Shown here: positions 1 to 10,500 of the stretch, piece by piece | How positions within the stretch are numbered: the first letter of the stretch is position 1 | Layout: each line of letters starts with the position of its first letter | Source: a virus | Lineage: Duplodnaviria; Heunggongvirae; Uroviricota; Caudoviricetes | Direction: 5' to 3' (one strand) | Virus record (IMG/VR): IMGVR_UViG_3300027917_004307 | DNA length: 41,103 nucleotides | The notes under the pieces: model-generated | Database searches by the model: none | Seen by the model: only the letters and a program-made list of their open reading frames with translations | Told to the model about the DNA's origin: nothing | Program-made: the position numbers and the translations under genes

Positions 1-180
1 GGCGGGTGGCGTCTGACTTGGACTGTTGATATCACAATGGAGCGCTTGCCCACAACTAGGGCATATTCTTACAAATCCAGTGTCTCTTGGGTTGTTTGGT
101 AGCTTATCAGACTTCCAGTGGGTGGGAAGCCTCTCACCACAATTCGGGCAAACCCCTTTATGTGTGTGGTAAGCATTCAT
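1..180 (-). CDS. Small Zn-ribbon protein, runs off the left edge
   Basis: Own translation from ATG at 180: MNAYHTHKGVCPNCGERLPTHWKSDKLPNNPRDTGFVRICPSCGQALHCD..., two CPxC motifs, no stop before position 1. Not in the ORF track. Confidence 0.6.
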   Translation of the reverse strand, partial: MNAYHTHKGVCPNCGERLPTHWKSDKLPNNPRDTGFVRICPSCGQALHCDINSPSQTPPA

Positions 181-574
181 TAGTATATCCAAACAGTGCA
201 TCTAGCATCTTATTTATCACATTAGGATCTGCGACACTAATTGTATTGGTAGAATAGTAGCGCGGCACTTCCCTATAACATACAATTAAATCATCTATAA
301 TGTGTATATACATTGCAACTGTGCGGTCAGATTTCTTGGCTATAAATAGCGCTGGCCCGTAAGTATGTGGAGCGCGTGTAACCCCCCGTTCAGCATAAAA
401 ATTACCAAACCTGTCAGAACGTGCCAATTCATCTAACACGTACTGTATGACAATCTCATGATCGTCAAGGCGTTCCTTTATGCTTCCCTTATGCTTCCCT
501 TGGCTTTCGCGCATCTCTTGCATTTCGAAATATCCATCTGGCGCTTGGCGGAAGCTCTCGCTCCCGCCAAGCAA
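158..574 (-). CDS. Hypothetical protein, outlying member of the Lx(D/E/N)P paralogue family; start uncertain
   Basis: C-terminal ISVADPNVINKML matches the motif in the paralogues at 28322-39995. The annotated start lies at a hairpin (543-572), so the true start is probably downstream. Confidence 0.55.
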   Translation of the reverse strand: MLGGSESFRQAPDGYFEMQEMRESQGKHKGSIKERLDDHEIVIQYVLDELARSDRFGNFYAERGVTRAPHTYGPALFIAKKSDRTVAMYIHIIDDLIVCYREVPRYYSTNTISVADPNVINKMLDALFGYTNECLPHT

Positions 575-765
575 TTTTATTGGATCTCAAATAAGATCGG
601 AGAGTCAATCCTCTCCCTTGGATACCTGTCCCCTGGAGGCTTTGTTCCATCGGGAGTCAGGCTCAATAAAATTTTGAGTGCCTAAGGCTAACTCCTAACG
701 AGCCCTGGTCCAACATTTGAGATGGTAAGGCTGAAGGGTTGTCGGCAGCCAATCCCATCGAGATC

Positions 766-1146
766 CTACTCAAAAACTTCACTGATTATCTTACTTCGTA
801 CGAATTCTTCAATGTCTTTATCTAATGGTCGTTTGTGTTTTATAGCATGCAGCACATCTGCAGAATTAGTCCAACCGCCCACCCCGAAAGTACTTCCCTG
901 CGTGGTTCCGACCCAATTCGCATCTATAATCTCATCGCCATCAGTAAGCAATTTATATTGTCTCTTTGGACCATTCCATTTGCCAAAGCTTGCTTCAATG
1001 AACAACCATAATTCCCCATCGTGCGGAACGTATGCCTTATCTATCGATTCACGTAAAATTCTATCACCGTCTACATAAAACAGCTCAAGCTTTTCAACCC
1101 CACCGAGCCCAATAGGATCGTATAACTTAAGCAACTTCTTAGCCAC
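766..1146 (-). CDS. Hypothetical phage protein
   Basis: 126-aa ORF co-oriented with the operon; no recognised motif. Confidence 0.65.
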   Translation of the reverse strand: MAKKLLKLYDPIGLGGVEKLELFYVDGDRILRESIDKAYVPHDGELWLFIEASFGKWNGPKRQYKLLTDGDEIIDANWVGTTQGSTFGVGGWTNSADVLHAIKHKRPLDKDIEEFVRSKIISEVFE

Positions 1147-1155
1147 TTGGTCCTC

Positions 1156-1272
1156 TTAGGTACCCCTTGGCGAAACCGATCGGAACAGGCCCAAATCGTT
1201 TCCTGTTGATTTTCTTTTTGCCGCTGATAACCTTCTTCGATACTTTACCAGCAATTTCCCCTTGCTATTCAT
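1156..1272 (-). CDS. Small basic protein (38 aa)
   Basis: Own translation MNSKGKLLVKYRRRLSAAKRKSTGNDLGLFRSVSPRGT; upstream GAGGAAG SD-like; fills the gap between two co-oriented ORFs. Confidence 0.5.
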   Translation of the reverse strand: MNSKGKLLVKYRRRLSAAKRKSTGNDLGLFRSVSPRGT

Positions 1273-1338
1273 TGTCTTCCTCTTTAAATACAATTATGGA
1301 AGTTCTACAGTAGTTTTGCGCGGATTATTATAGATTCA

Positions 1339-2910
1339 TTATTCGAAATAGAATCTAACCTGCTGTTCGCCAAGCACGATCATTTCGTTGATACCTATTC
1401 CGAACGCAGATTGATCTGCCAATTGGTTCGTCTTGAGGATATCGTCGGCAGGGTCAAATACTCTGGTAAATTTAACACCATCAATCATCTTCACTGGAGT
1501 AGTGATATCGTCTAGGTATAATTCTTTACCAAGTTCAAAATTGGCAGAATCAAAGAAGTTTGTTATGGCTGTTTCAACTTGGTTCTTAACAGCTGGAGCA
1601 TCAGCGTCCTTATCCATAATAACATCCATCTCCAGCCTTACTCTTTTTATTTCACCATCTAGAACACGCACCTCGTCTGTCGGAGCATTGATTTCTTCTA
1701 AAAAAACACTCAAACCATTCTTAAGCCCAAGACTTGGCTTTACAGGCCCAGACTCGCCTTCTGCAAGAACATACATCTCAACAATATTTGCGTTAAGCGA
1801 CGTGCGTACAGTAGCAACCGCTTTTAGAACACTGCCAAATACTGGGTGACTATATCCAGATGCTTTCTGAGCATAATCGGGCCCAGAAACAGCGGCATTG
1901 AGAGTGGCCGATTCTCTCGGCGCTCTTTTCTTCGCGTCTTCAATATCTTCTTCATCTAGCCCACCCTGCGACGGTTTGAGATTCCTGAATGTCACCTCAA
2001 CTGGCGCAGATGCTGGCGGATCTGGCTGGAACGGTCTGCTTTCATTTATCCTGCCTGATCCAATCCTGCCCCTGATACCACCACCGACACGATACGTAAC
2101 AGTAACTTCTTCACCTGATATCGGTTCTTTACCAGCCTTATTGTCACCAAATATTATTCTTATGCCATTTTCAATCCTAACAACTTCATAAACTTCATTT
2201 TCAGGTCCAGCCCTCTGGATTACGGCTGTTTGTGACCATCTTCTGGTGACTGATCCGCTTCTGACATCAACAAATATTGGCGCACTAAGTATGTTTTTGT
2301 CATTGACTATATCTATTGTTTGGCCAGGCCCGCCAGCAGATACTACGACTTTTGGAGTGTCAAATTTACCCTCAATACCAAATCCCACCACACCACGTTT
2401 GGTTGGTAAAATCTGGATTGGATCAGTCCAGTTATTAGGAGCTCGATATATCTCATATGTCAACAATTTACCATCAGGACCGGTAAGGTTGAACGCTGTA
2501 CCAGCAGGAATTTGCAATGCAGTAGGAAGAGCACTAGGCACACTGACTTCAATATCTACAACGGCAGAAGTTGCAGCTCTCAGCGCCTCATTAATTATTT
2601 TAAGATGTTCGCTAGTAGCTTCCACAGTAAATGAAGATGGTAGGAATGACTCCTGAGCCAAAACTTCACCGCGTTCACTAATAATCGATCCTATAAATGA
2701 TAGTAGGTCAACCAACATTATAATGCCGTTATTATCAACGAAATCATTAAACTGGGTTGGATAATAAGTTCTAATATATTCTATTGATACTCTAAGGAGA
2801 GTATCGTAGTCTAAGGCGGTAAATTGTATACGTCTTAAATCGGCTGTCGGTAGCTTGACGCCAAAATCGTCAGGCACATTTGGCAAATTGAAGAAAGTTT
2901 CTTCCGGCAT
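1339..2910 (-). CDS. Baseplate wedge protein (T4 gp6-like / baseplate J-like)
   Basis: LDYDTLL...WxDF-like N-terminus, IIFGDNKAGKEP, VTYRVGGG..G, GGLDEEDIEDAKKRAP, AVSGPDY motifs; directly after gp25-like gene. Confidence 0.9.
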   Translation of the reverse strand: MPEETFFNLPNVPDDFGVKLPTADLRRIQFTALDYDTLLRVSIEYIRTYYPTQFNDFVDNNGIIMLVDLLSFIGSIISERGEVLAQESFLPSSFTVEATSEHLKIINEALRAATSAVVDIEVSVPSALPTALQIPAGTAFNLTGPDGKLLTYEIYRAPNNWTDPIQILPTKRGVVGFGIEGKFDTPKVVVSAGGPGQTIDIVNDKNILSAPIFVDVRSGSVTRRWSQTAVIQRAGPENEVYEVVRIENGIRIIFGDNKAGKEPISGEEVTVTYRVGGGIRGRIGSGRINESRPFQPDPPASAPVEVTFRNLKPSQGGLDEEDIEDAKKRAPRESATLNAAVSGPDYAQKASGYSHPVFGSVLKAVATVRTSLNANIVEMYVLAEGESGPVKPSLGLKNGLSVFLEEINAPTDEVRVLDGEIKRVRLEMDVIMDKDADAPAVKNQVETAITNFFDSANFELGKELYLDDITTPVKMIDGVKFTRVFDPADDILKTNQLADQSAFGIGINEMIVLGEQQVRFYFE

Positions 2911-3309
2911 TTATTCAACTCTCACCAAAGTCACACCACCATTCGAAACATTTATTTCGATAACAAATCTTTCGTTTGGATTCAAATTTACTGTACCATA
3001 TATATTTATAATTACTGTTGCATTATCTGGCTTCATCTTGACAATCACATCTTGTAACGTAATTCTTGGTTCAAACTCAGATGTGATAGAAAATACCTCA
3101 GACCTGATTCGAGAAATATCTTGGTCTATCAAGTTCTCGAATTGTAGCCCTGGTATTGGGCTGCCATAGTCTGGTTTCATTACCCTTTCGCCGTAGTTAG
3201 TCAATAATAACTGAATATAATCATTTTTTATGAGCCTAACATCCTGCTGTACAGGAAGCACACCATCTGGCCCAAGAAAAGGCGGATTGTATCCAGTCCA
3301 TATAGGCAT
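2911..3309 (-). CDS. Baseplate wedge subunit, gp25/GPW-like
   Basis: IKNDYIQLLLTNYGERVMKPDYGS...FEPRI is the gp25/GPW signature. Confidence 0.92.
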   Translation of the reverse strand: MPIWTGYNPPFLGPDGVLPVQQDVRLIKNDYIQLLLTNYGERVMKPDYGSPIPGLQFENLIDQDISRIRSEVFSITSEFEPRITLQDVIVKMKPDNATVIINIYGTVNLNPNERFVIEINVSNGGVTLVRVE

Positions 3310-3311
3310 TA

Positions 3312-4019
3312 TTATCTCACCAGCTGCGAAATCGCCAACAATTTATCTCTTAAACTAGCTGACTGCGCTATTAGAACATTAGTCTCATTTATTTTAAGTG
3401 TCTGTGCCGCAATCGTCTCATCACGTACTTTTGTGACTTTGCTTGTCAGTTCTTCGTCTTCTAAGACACCAAGAGCATCAAGCACTTTATTGGCTTCGTT
3501 GATTCTTTTTTGTTGGCTTTCTATTATTGATTTATTGTCGGCTATTTGATTTTGTATTGCAGTTAGCTGTTCTTCTATGATGCTCATCGAGCTTGCAGAG
3601 TCCTTAACAAGCTCGTTTATTTCTTCTTGTGTAAGATCGAGACTTTCAAGATCAAGCATGTTGGTATTATGCTGAATTTGTATGCGATTGGGCACTACAT
3701 TAGTAGAAACACCCTCGACTATTTGATCGGTAAAATTAAGTATCTGCCCAACTTCAAATAGCTTCTGGGAATTACCCTCTTTTGATTCACCACCTGCTGT
3801 CATGGAATAAACCAGCTCACCTATTCTATCACGCCTTTCCTCATCTGACCAAACCCTGTTTGGCCTAGTTTTAATCCTCTCTGCTATTGGAAATATTATA
3901 AAACTCTCGCCAGACACAGTAGGGTCTTCGTTAGAAACAGTAAACGTAACATTGCCAACATCGCTTGGTTCTGTTGGTATTTGTCTTTTATACAAACCAG
4001 TTGGGTATCGAATTATCAT
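3312..4019 (-). CDS. Hypothetical protein with C-terminal coiled coil (probable baseplate/tail)
   Basis: Heptad-rich C-terminal half; overlaps the spike gene stop; baseplate context. Confidence 0.6.
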   Translation of the reverse strand: MIIRYPTGLYKRQIPTEPSDVGNVTFTVSNEDPTVSGESFIIFPIAERIKTRPNRVWSDEERRDRIGELVYSMTAGGESKEGNSQKLFEVGQILNFTDQIVEGVSTNVVPNRIQIQHNTNMLDLESLDLTQEEINELVKDSASSMSIIEEQLTAIQNQIADNKSIIESQQKRINEANKVLDALGVLEDEELTSKVTKVRDETIAAQTLKINETNVLIAQSASLRDKLLAISQLVR

Positions 4020-6574
4020 TCTATCACTTCCAGATAGACATTCTTAATCGAATCTCCATTATATCTAATTATTTCATCGTCAGGATCGTCGCCAAGCAAA
4101 GCACCGTCATCAACAGCGACAATCCTAATTATCAAATTCTCCCCTCCATATTTTTGTACACTGAGTTCCGCAAATTTTTCTCCTTCGGCAACACCATTAG
4201 ATATAGCCAGAGGAATATACTCAGACGTATTATCTTCATCATTTAAAGGATTGGCCAATGACCTCCTCAGTATGCCCTGAGTTATTATTTCATTCCTAAA
4301 GTTCGTTGATGTCCCAAACCACAACACGCCACTACCGGAAAATTGGTCTATCGGATCAACGACAGGATCTGCCGGTGGCGGAGGACCGCCACCATCTGGT
4401 GTTTCATTAACTATATCGGGTGGCCCACCAGACGGATCAAACACGTCTGGGTTATTACCATTGCTGTCAGTTTGCGGAGGATTGTTGTTCCTACCCCCTT
4501 CACCAGGACCACAATGCACAACCTTTGGGTCTACCGGGCCTTTCTGCGGTTTAGTGGGATCACAGCCCCTTTCTTTATCAAAATCTTCTGGCTTCAGCGG
4601 TTCACACTGCATCGGTGACGGCGGAGAAGGCGACGGAGTGGAACCACATGGCGAAGCAAACCCAGTGGGGTGCAATGGTTTTTGCAGCTCTTTATGTTTA
4701 CCACACATTGTATTGGTATAAAAGTCCATAGTCCTCAATGTAGGGCCGACCTTCACGTCAGCACCTTTAATGTTGACAAGCCCACCAGCAAGCATATCAA
4801 TGTTGCCGCCAGCTTGCATCTTGATGTTGCTTTGGGCTATGATTTCTACATCTTGCTGGGCAAAGATTTGTACATTCTTAATACCATTTCTAATTATGAT
4901 ATAGTCAGTATCATCATTGATACAAATATACTTCTTTTTCTTCTTGCCCCTCCATACAGCAAAGTTATTGTCTTTCGACAGCCAAATACCTCTGTCGTCC
5001 TCATCTCTCATTTCCATCCATGTTCCGCCGCACCCGTCGTCACCACCGCCATCTCTTGCTTCTATGCCTTGAAATTTGGGCGTCTTGAGACGGATATACT
5101 TGTTTTTCTCATCGAGTATCAAATGATATGAATACTTTTCAACATTCAGACCCTTGAATGTCTTTAACGCCCAAGGTACTCTTTTATATGGTCCGTCAAA
5201 CTTTCTTGCGATCGTCTGTGGAGGCTTTGTCGTTAGGGCAATATAATCCCATCTTTGGTTTATTTCTAAACCATGGCCGCTTGATGTATACATAGCCCAT
5301 CTTTGGAGTTCATCTTTAAGGTTGAATTCACATCCAAAGAAATGGCCATCCCGCCTACCGCCCATAAATATACCATTGCCGTAAGGCTGCTCTTTATTTT
5401 GAGGGTCCTTTGGGTCAGATCCAGCATCATCGCCAGCAAATGTGATTTGATAAGATGTACACCAGTACCATCCTCTAGCGTCTTTTTGGCCATCTCCCCA
5501 TTGTTCGTCATTAAACGGTCTTACACCAACATCAGATTTGTTGAGCCTCTTTATAAAATTATGTTTTTCCATATCAGCACCTTTAGACCACATGCGCATA
5601 TACATGCCGTCTTTAGATGCTATTCTTATCCACGCCTGGTTTTCCTCATCTTTACCTTGTACATCAGTCAATTCTATTTGATCATCAAATTCACCATCTC
5701 TTGATTTATTCCACCCAACATCTCGCATTTCAATCTTGTGTCCGAATCTAGTTCGCCACTCCATTCTACGCTGGTCATAACCTTCTGCATCTCCTTCGCT
5801 AAGAAGTTTTTGCATATATTTCCAGCGTTTAATTTCAAAATCTTCATCCTCGTCAAAATCGCCGTCGAATTCATTCTTCCATTTAAAACCAACATCAGAA
5901 AACACACCATAATTCCCATATTTTGAGACGTGCGTGATAAGCTTGAAATCTGGTTTGTTTTCTTCTGGTGATTTGGTTGAGGCTTTGAACGCCCCTTGTG
6001 TTACTGGATCAGTACCAACGGGAGCAGCTTTTTCTGCGTGTTCCTTTGGAAAGAATCCAGTGGATCCCATATAGAATAAGTTGCCATATCTATCTCTAAA
6101 TCCGGTGCTCTTTGGCCTTTCATCTTTTGGAAGATAATCTTCATCATAATCATCTGGAGCTTCAGCAGGTTCACCTTTTTCATTTACTGCAATTTGTGTC
6201 TTGCCATAAATAGACTCTAGTGCATAAAATTTCCTTCTTGTAGGATCTGCAGCACCTCTATAAATAAGGCCATATGGGTGATTCTTTTCGAAGTCAACCC
6301 AAACATAGTCGCCGATATTTATATCGTACCATGATCCAGCTCTCTTGCCACCCATATCTGGTGCTGGAACAGCCCACGGGCATTGCTCAGGCTTAAGATC
6401 CTCGTCATGTAGTTCAGGTATCTTAACTCTAACGCGGAAATCACGCAACGGATCATTAGTTTCAACAACCTTGGCCCTATATGGTGGTTTGAATCTATCG
6501 CCAAGTCTCTTTGTGCGATCTTTGAAGAAATCGCCAAAAAGTTTATCCATCGTAGTGACAGCACCGTCACTCAT
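4016..6574 (-). CDS. Central spike / baseplate hub protein (gp5/VgrG-like) with C-terminal extension
   Basis: N-terminal OB motif YRAKVVETNDPLRDFRVRVKIPELH...CPWAVP; beta-helix-like repeats (QSNIKMQAGGNIDMLAGGLVNIKG); Pro-rich linker, then an extra ~110-aa domain. Confidence 0.85.
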   Translation of the reverse strand: MSDGAVTTMDKLFGDFFKDRTKRLGDRFKPPYRAKVVETNDPLRDFRVRVKIPELHDEDLKPEQCPWAVPAPDMGGKRAGSWYDINIGDYVWVDFEKNHPYGLIYRGAADPTRRKFYALESIYGKTQIAVNEKGEPAEAPDDYDEDYLPKDERPKSTGFRDRYGNLFYMGSTGFFPKEHAEKAAPVGTDPVTQGAFKASTKSPEENKPDFKLITHVSKYGNYGVFSDVGFKWKNEFDGDFDEDEDFEIKRWKYMQKLLSEGDAEGYDQRRMEWRTRFGHKIEMRDVGWNKSRDGEFDDQIELTDVQGKDEENQAWIRIASKDGMYMRMWSKGADMEKHNFIKRLNKSDVGVRPFNDEQWGDGQKDARGWYWCTSYQITFAGDDAGSDPKDPQNKEQPYGNGIFMGGRRDGHFFGCEFNLKDELQRWAMYTSSGHGLEINQRWDYIALTTKPPQTIARKFDGPYKRVPWALKTFKGLNVEKYSYHLILDEKNKYIRLKTPKFQGIEARDGGGDDGCGGTWMEMRDEDDRGIWLSKDNNFAVWRGKKKKKYICINDDTDYIIIRNGIKNVQIFAQQDVEIIAQSNIKMQAGGNIDMLAGGLVNIKGADVKVGPTLRTMDFYTNTMCGKHKELQKPLHPTGFASPCGSTPSPSPPSPMQCEPLKPEDFDKERGCDPTKPQKGPVDPKVVHCGPGEGGRNNNPPQTDSNGNNPDVFDPSGGPPDIVNETPDGGGPPPPADPVVDPIDQFSGSGVLWFGTSTNFRNEIITQGILRRSLANPLNDEDNTSEYIPLAISNGVAEGEKFAELSVQKYGGENLIIRIVAVDDGALLGDDPDDEIIRYNGDSIKNVYLEVIE

Positions 6575-6897
6575 AATTCTCTCCAGACTACTGAGTTCTT
6601 AGGTGCCTCTATGGTGGTTGATGTCTTCGGCCATCCATCGAATGGATTGATCACGTTGTTAAATAAAATAAGAATCCACTTGAATTGCGTCGTGCCGTAA
6701 AGATCATTCGATATTAAATCTGGTCTTCCAGCCCTATTATTCTTTATTTCGACACGCACGATATCGTTGTCGCTCAGTTTGTCCCTCTGTAGGAACTGAT
6801 ACTTCTTCATTAGTCCAGGGACGATTTTGCCGTCGAACTCAACCAGCTCAGTCAATTTAAATCTAGAAGTCGATTTAAAGATCGACATTAGTACCAT
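6571..6897 (-). CDS. Baseplate wedge protein, gp53/LysM-like
   Basis: GRPDLISNDLYGTTQFKWILILFNNVINPF is the T4 gp53-type motif. Confidence 0.85.
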   Translation of the reverse strand: MVLMSIFKSTSRFKLTELVEFDGKIVPGLMKKYQFLQRDKLSDNDIVRVEIKNNRAGRPDLISNDLYGTTQFKWILILFNNVINPFDGWPKTSTTIEAPKNSVVWREL

Positions 6898-7514
6898 TCC
6901 TTCCTTGGGACATTAGGTACGAATTGTGTGTCCTTTAATTGTCTGACCGATTCAGCATCGCTTGCGTCAGCACCAATCTTGGTCACCATCTGCAGGTCCA
7001 TCTTGATAGTTGTTATTTGTGGGTACGCCTTAGTCAGATCCAAAATTAGCTCGTCAGAATGCGACACCGAAGCTTGGTCTAAACGCCATGTGCTCATTTT
7101 GGTAATTGCTGGTGCAGTTTCATACAAAATCAACTGAATCAACGGAGGAGCAACTTTCTGTTTCCCTTGCACTGGCCTATAAAAATAACCCATAATGGTG
7201 TGCACGGTCTTGGATATTTTGTCTGCACCCCATGGTCCACCAGTAAGAACGTACTTTAGCTCGATCGACAACTTAGTTGCGGAAGAACCCATCCAGAATG
7301 CTATTGGTTCATACGACGTTACATCTTCTTCTTTCCACCTTGATGCTTTACTGTTAGACAGAATTCTTGGTGGAAACTGTAATTCTATACGGCCCCTACT
7401 CGGTAACGGCCATTCATCGATCGGATCGGCACCGCCGCCAGCTATCGAATTATCAACGATAAAGATTTGCACCTTATCGACTATATTACGATCTGCTTCA
7501 ATCTGTTCAAACAT
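6888..7514 (-). CDS. Probable tail-tube initiator / baseplate tube-like protein (gp48/gp54 class)
   Basis: LQFPPRI..SKASRW....YEPIAFWMGS...LSIEL; sits between TMP and gp53, where tube initiators usually lie. Confidence 0.6.
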   Translation of the reverse strand: MFEQIEADRNIVDKVQIFIVDNSIAGGGADPIDEWPLPSRGRIELQFPPRILSNSKASRWKEEDVTSYEPIAFWMGSSATKLSIELKYVLTGGPWGADKISKTVHTIMGYFYRPVQGKQKVAPPLIQLILYETAPAITKMSTWRLDQASVSHSDELILDLTKAYPQITTIKMDLQMVTKIGADASDAESVRQLKDTQFVPNVPRKEWY

Positions 7515-7518
7515 TTAT

Positions 7519-10500
7519 CTATCCCCAAGCAGCATAAATTGGACCAAGCTTTGGTGGAGTTTCAGCCATTTTCGGAAGATAGGTCTGCAGAATCGCAATT
7601 ATATTCTTGACGTCCTCACCATCCTTTATGAGCGACAATATTGCTTCCAACGGTGTCGCCAATGACCCAAGCTTATCCACCAACTGTTTGAGCTCTTTCT
7701 CAGATTTAGTGTCACGACCCATTTCCTGATCTAATGTTTGGGCCACTGGTCTGGTTGGAGGTGGAGTGCCGGTTATGGCGTATTGTATTTTCTCAAGTGG
7801 CGTCATAACCTCAGATATATCGACTGGTCCGCCATGGCTACGCCTATCACGCCCAACCATCTTGTCAACTTCGCCCATCGGGTCTAATATTCTTTTAAAA
7901 AACCCGCCAACAACTGGAAATTGGCTCATGATGGCCCTACCTATGCCAGACCATGGCATAACCAGTTGGGTCAAGAACGGTAAAGCCGCTTTTACACCAG
8001 TATCAATGCCCAAAAGACCTGACCCGAATAGCTTACTTTTTACCCAGGATGCAGCTTTGCCAACAACTGGAACTTTCTCAGCCAAACCAAGCATGCTCTT
8101 AGCGGCACCCTTGGCACCATCCACGATAGCCTTAAATGGCTTCGATATGATTTCGCCAGCTTTCTTCGCAATGTCCGCTACTTTAGAAAAGGCATCAATC
8201 ACCCAGTTTACTGGCCCCATTATGGTGGCTATACCCTCTTTAATATGCAAGAAACTTGACCCAAATAATGCTTCTTTTACACTTATTATTGCACCCCATA
8301 TTTTCTCAAATAATGGAATAAAATATTGAATAATATTGAATACGGCGACAATTGGATTAACCATACCGATCACTAATCTAGTAATTACTCCAAGTGCCTT
8401 GCCTACCCATTTTACCCCTTCTAGTATCTTGCCCCACCACTCGGGTGCTTTGTTATCACCACCAAATAGAGCAAGTAAGGCGTCCATTTGTTTCTTAATC
8501 CACCCAAGACCATCTACAATCGGCTTGATCATCTCGTTGTAAATAGGCTCACCAAATCCCTCCCATAACGCTGTCGCAACATCTTTCACCACTGAGTAGA
8601 GACCTTTGAGTGTTGCCCACAGTAACTTCACACCAAAGATTATTGGGGCAAAAACAACCTTAGCAATTTTCCCTATTACCCAAAATGCTGCACCTATAGC
8701 TGCCATATAAGCGACCACTGGTGCCAGCAACGAACCAATAGCGACGATAGCTGCACCAACCGCAACGAGTGCTGGCTTCAGAATAGTAGTAGCAGCGAAT
8801 ACTACACCTTCTATTACATGAAATTTCTCCATCATATCTAGCACAGTTGTTATAATTGATACAAACGGTTTAACCGATTTAACCACTGACTCAAACGCGC
8901 TCACTATCGGCTTCATGATCTTGGTAGCCATCGCTAGCAGCGGCTCGAATATCCTTACTAATTGCTGTTTAAATGTGCCAAGTGATTCTTCATATCTCTT
9001 ATTGATTTCTTGGTTCTTCTCTGCTTCTTTGGCCAGATCTTGATACCTTTTCGTGATCTCAGCCATCGACTTGCCCTGTTCTTTCATCTGATGAATCATG
9101 TCGATAGTGGAAGCTTTTAATCCAGTAACCCCGGCCATAACCTTCTTTTGCACAGGGTCCATATTTGCCCAGCCAGCAGTAATTTGCATCACACCATCAG
9201 CCATCATTTGGGCTCTCATGGCCGGATCTTTGAGATTCTGCCCGACCACACCAGTTACCATGGCCAGTTTACTTAATGGGTCTTCAGTCATTTTCATCAA
9301 GTCTGCAGCTTGTTCTGCACCACCACCAAGCTTCTTGAATTCTTCTGTCAACCCAAACACTGCACTGGCATACTGTTCAACTGCTTCCGGGGCGAACATT
9401 GCCCTTAATTCTGGACCTTTGGCAAGCAGGTCGCCAAGAATTTTGTCCAATTCAGCAGCAGACATGCCCATTCTGGTCATTGCTACTGTAGCCATACCAA
9501 ACATTCTATCAGTGGCCGACGAATCCTTCGTCAATCCCTGCATCATATGGGCCATTTTGGCGCTTTTGTCTTCGCTAATACCAGTCGCGATACTGAATTT
9601 AGCCACTGATTTTGTTAGATTGTCAAACTGTTTGCCAGAAGCCACCATGGTCACACCAGCATCAACCATAGCTTTCATGGTTTTGTTGGCTTCAGCAGCA
9701 GTGAGGCCAAGCTCAGCCCTTAGGTCCTGCGATCTGGCTACCGCCTCATCAATCGATCCTATCGCTCTGTACGTCGCAGTCCTAAATTCTTCTTGCGCCC
9801 CAGAAAAGTTCTTGATTGCTTCGGTTACTAAGATCAACGATGCCTTAAGAATATTTCCAGTCTTTGCGGCTCTTATGAAAGCGCCAGTAGCTCCTTCATT
9901 AGCCCCAACTGCAGATGCCAATCCTTCAAACGCCGCAAACGCAGTGGAAGCAGCTTTTTTGGTTAAATCAATTGCCGCAGCCGCAGCAGCTCCATATGGT
10001 CCTAATTTAGATAAAGTACCTCCAAGAGCGCCAGCACTACCAGCCGCACCACTCATCCCCTTAGACAACTTACCCATCGTGTCTGCAGACGCAATATTGC
10101 TAATGCCTGAGAACGATTTTGGCAATACGTCGCCAAGTTCAGCGAATGACAAACTGCCTTTCTTTCCAAGATTAGCAACATCATTTATAGATTTCTGAGC
10201 GCCCTGGCCGATACTGTCAATTCCAACCAGCAATTGGTCAGCACCTTCTGGCAATACACCAAATGCATCCGCTATTTGTGCTACTTGCCCAATACTCTCT
10301 TTACTAACAGGTGATATCTGATCGAATATCGACCAAAAAATGCCAGCTCGTTCTTTAGTCTCATTAAGAGCATTAGTAGCCTGTGTTTTCCATTGATCCC
10401 ACTGCTTTGCATTCTTCTCAACTTCCATAGTCGAGATTGCTTGTTCAACATTTAGCCTAGACAACTCATCACCCATTTGCTGGAATTCTTCTGGCAGAGC

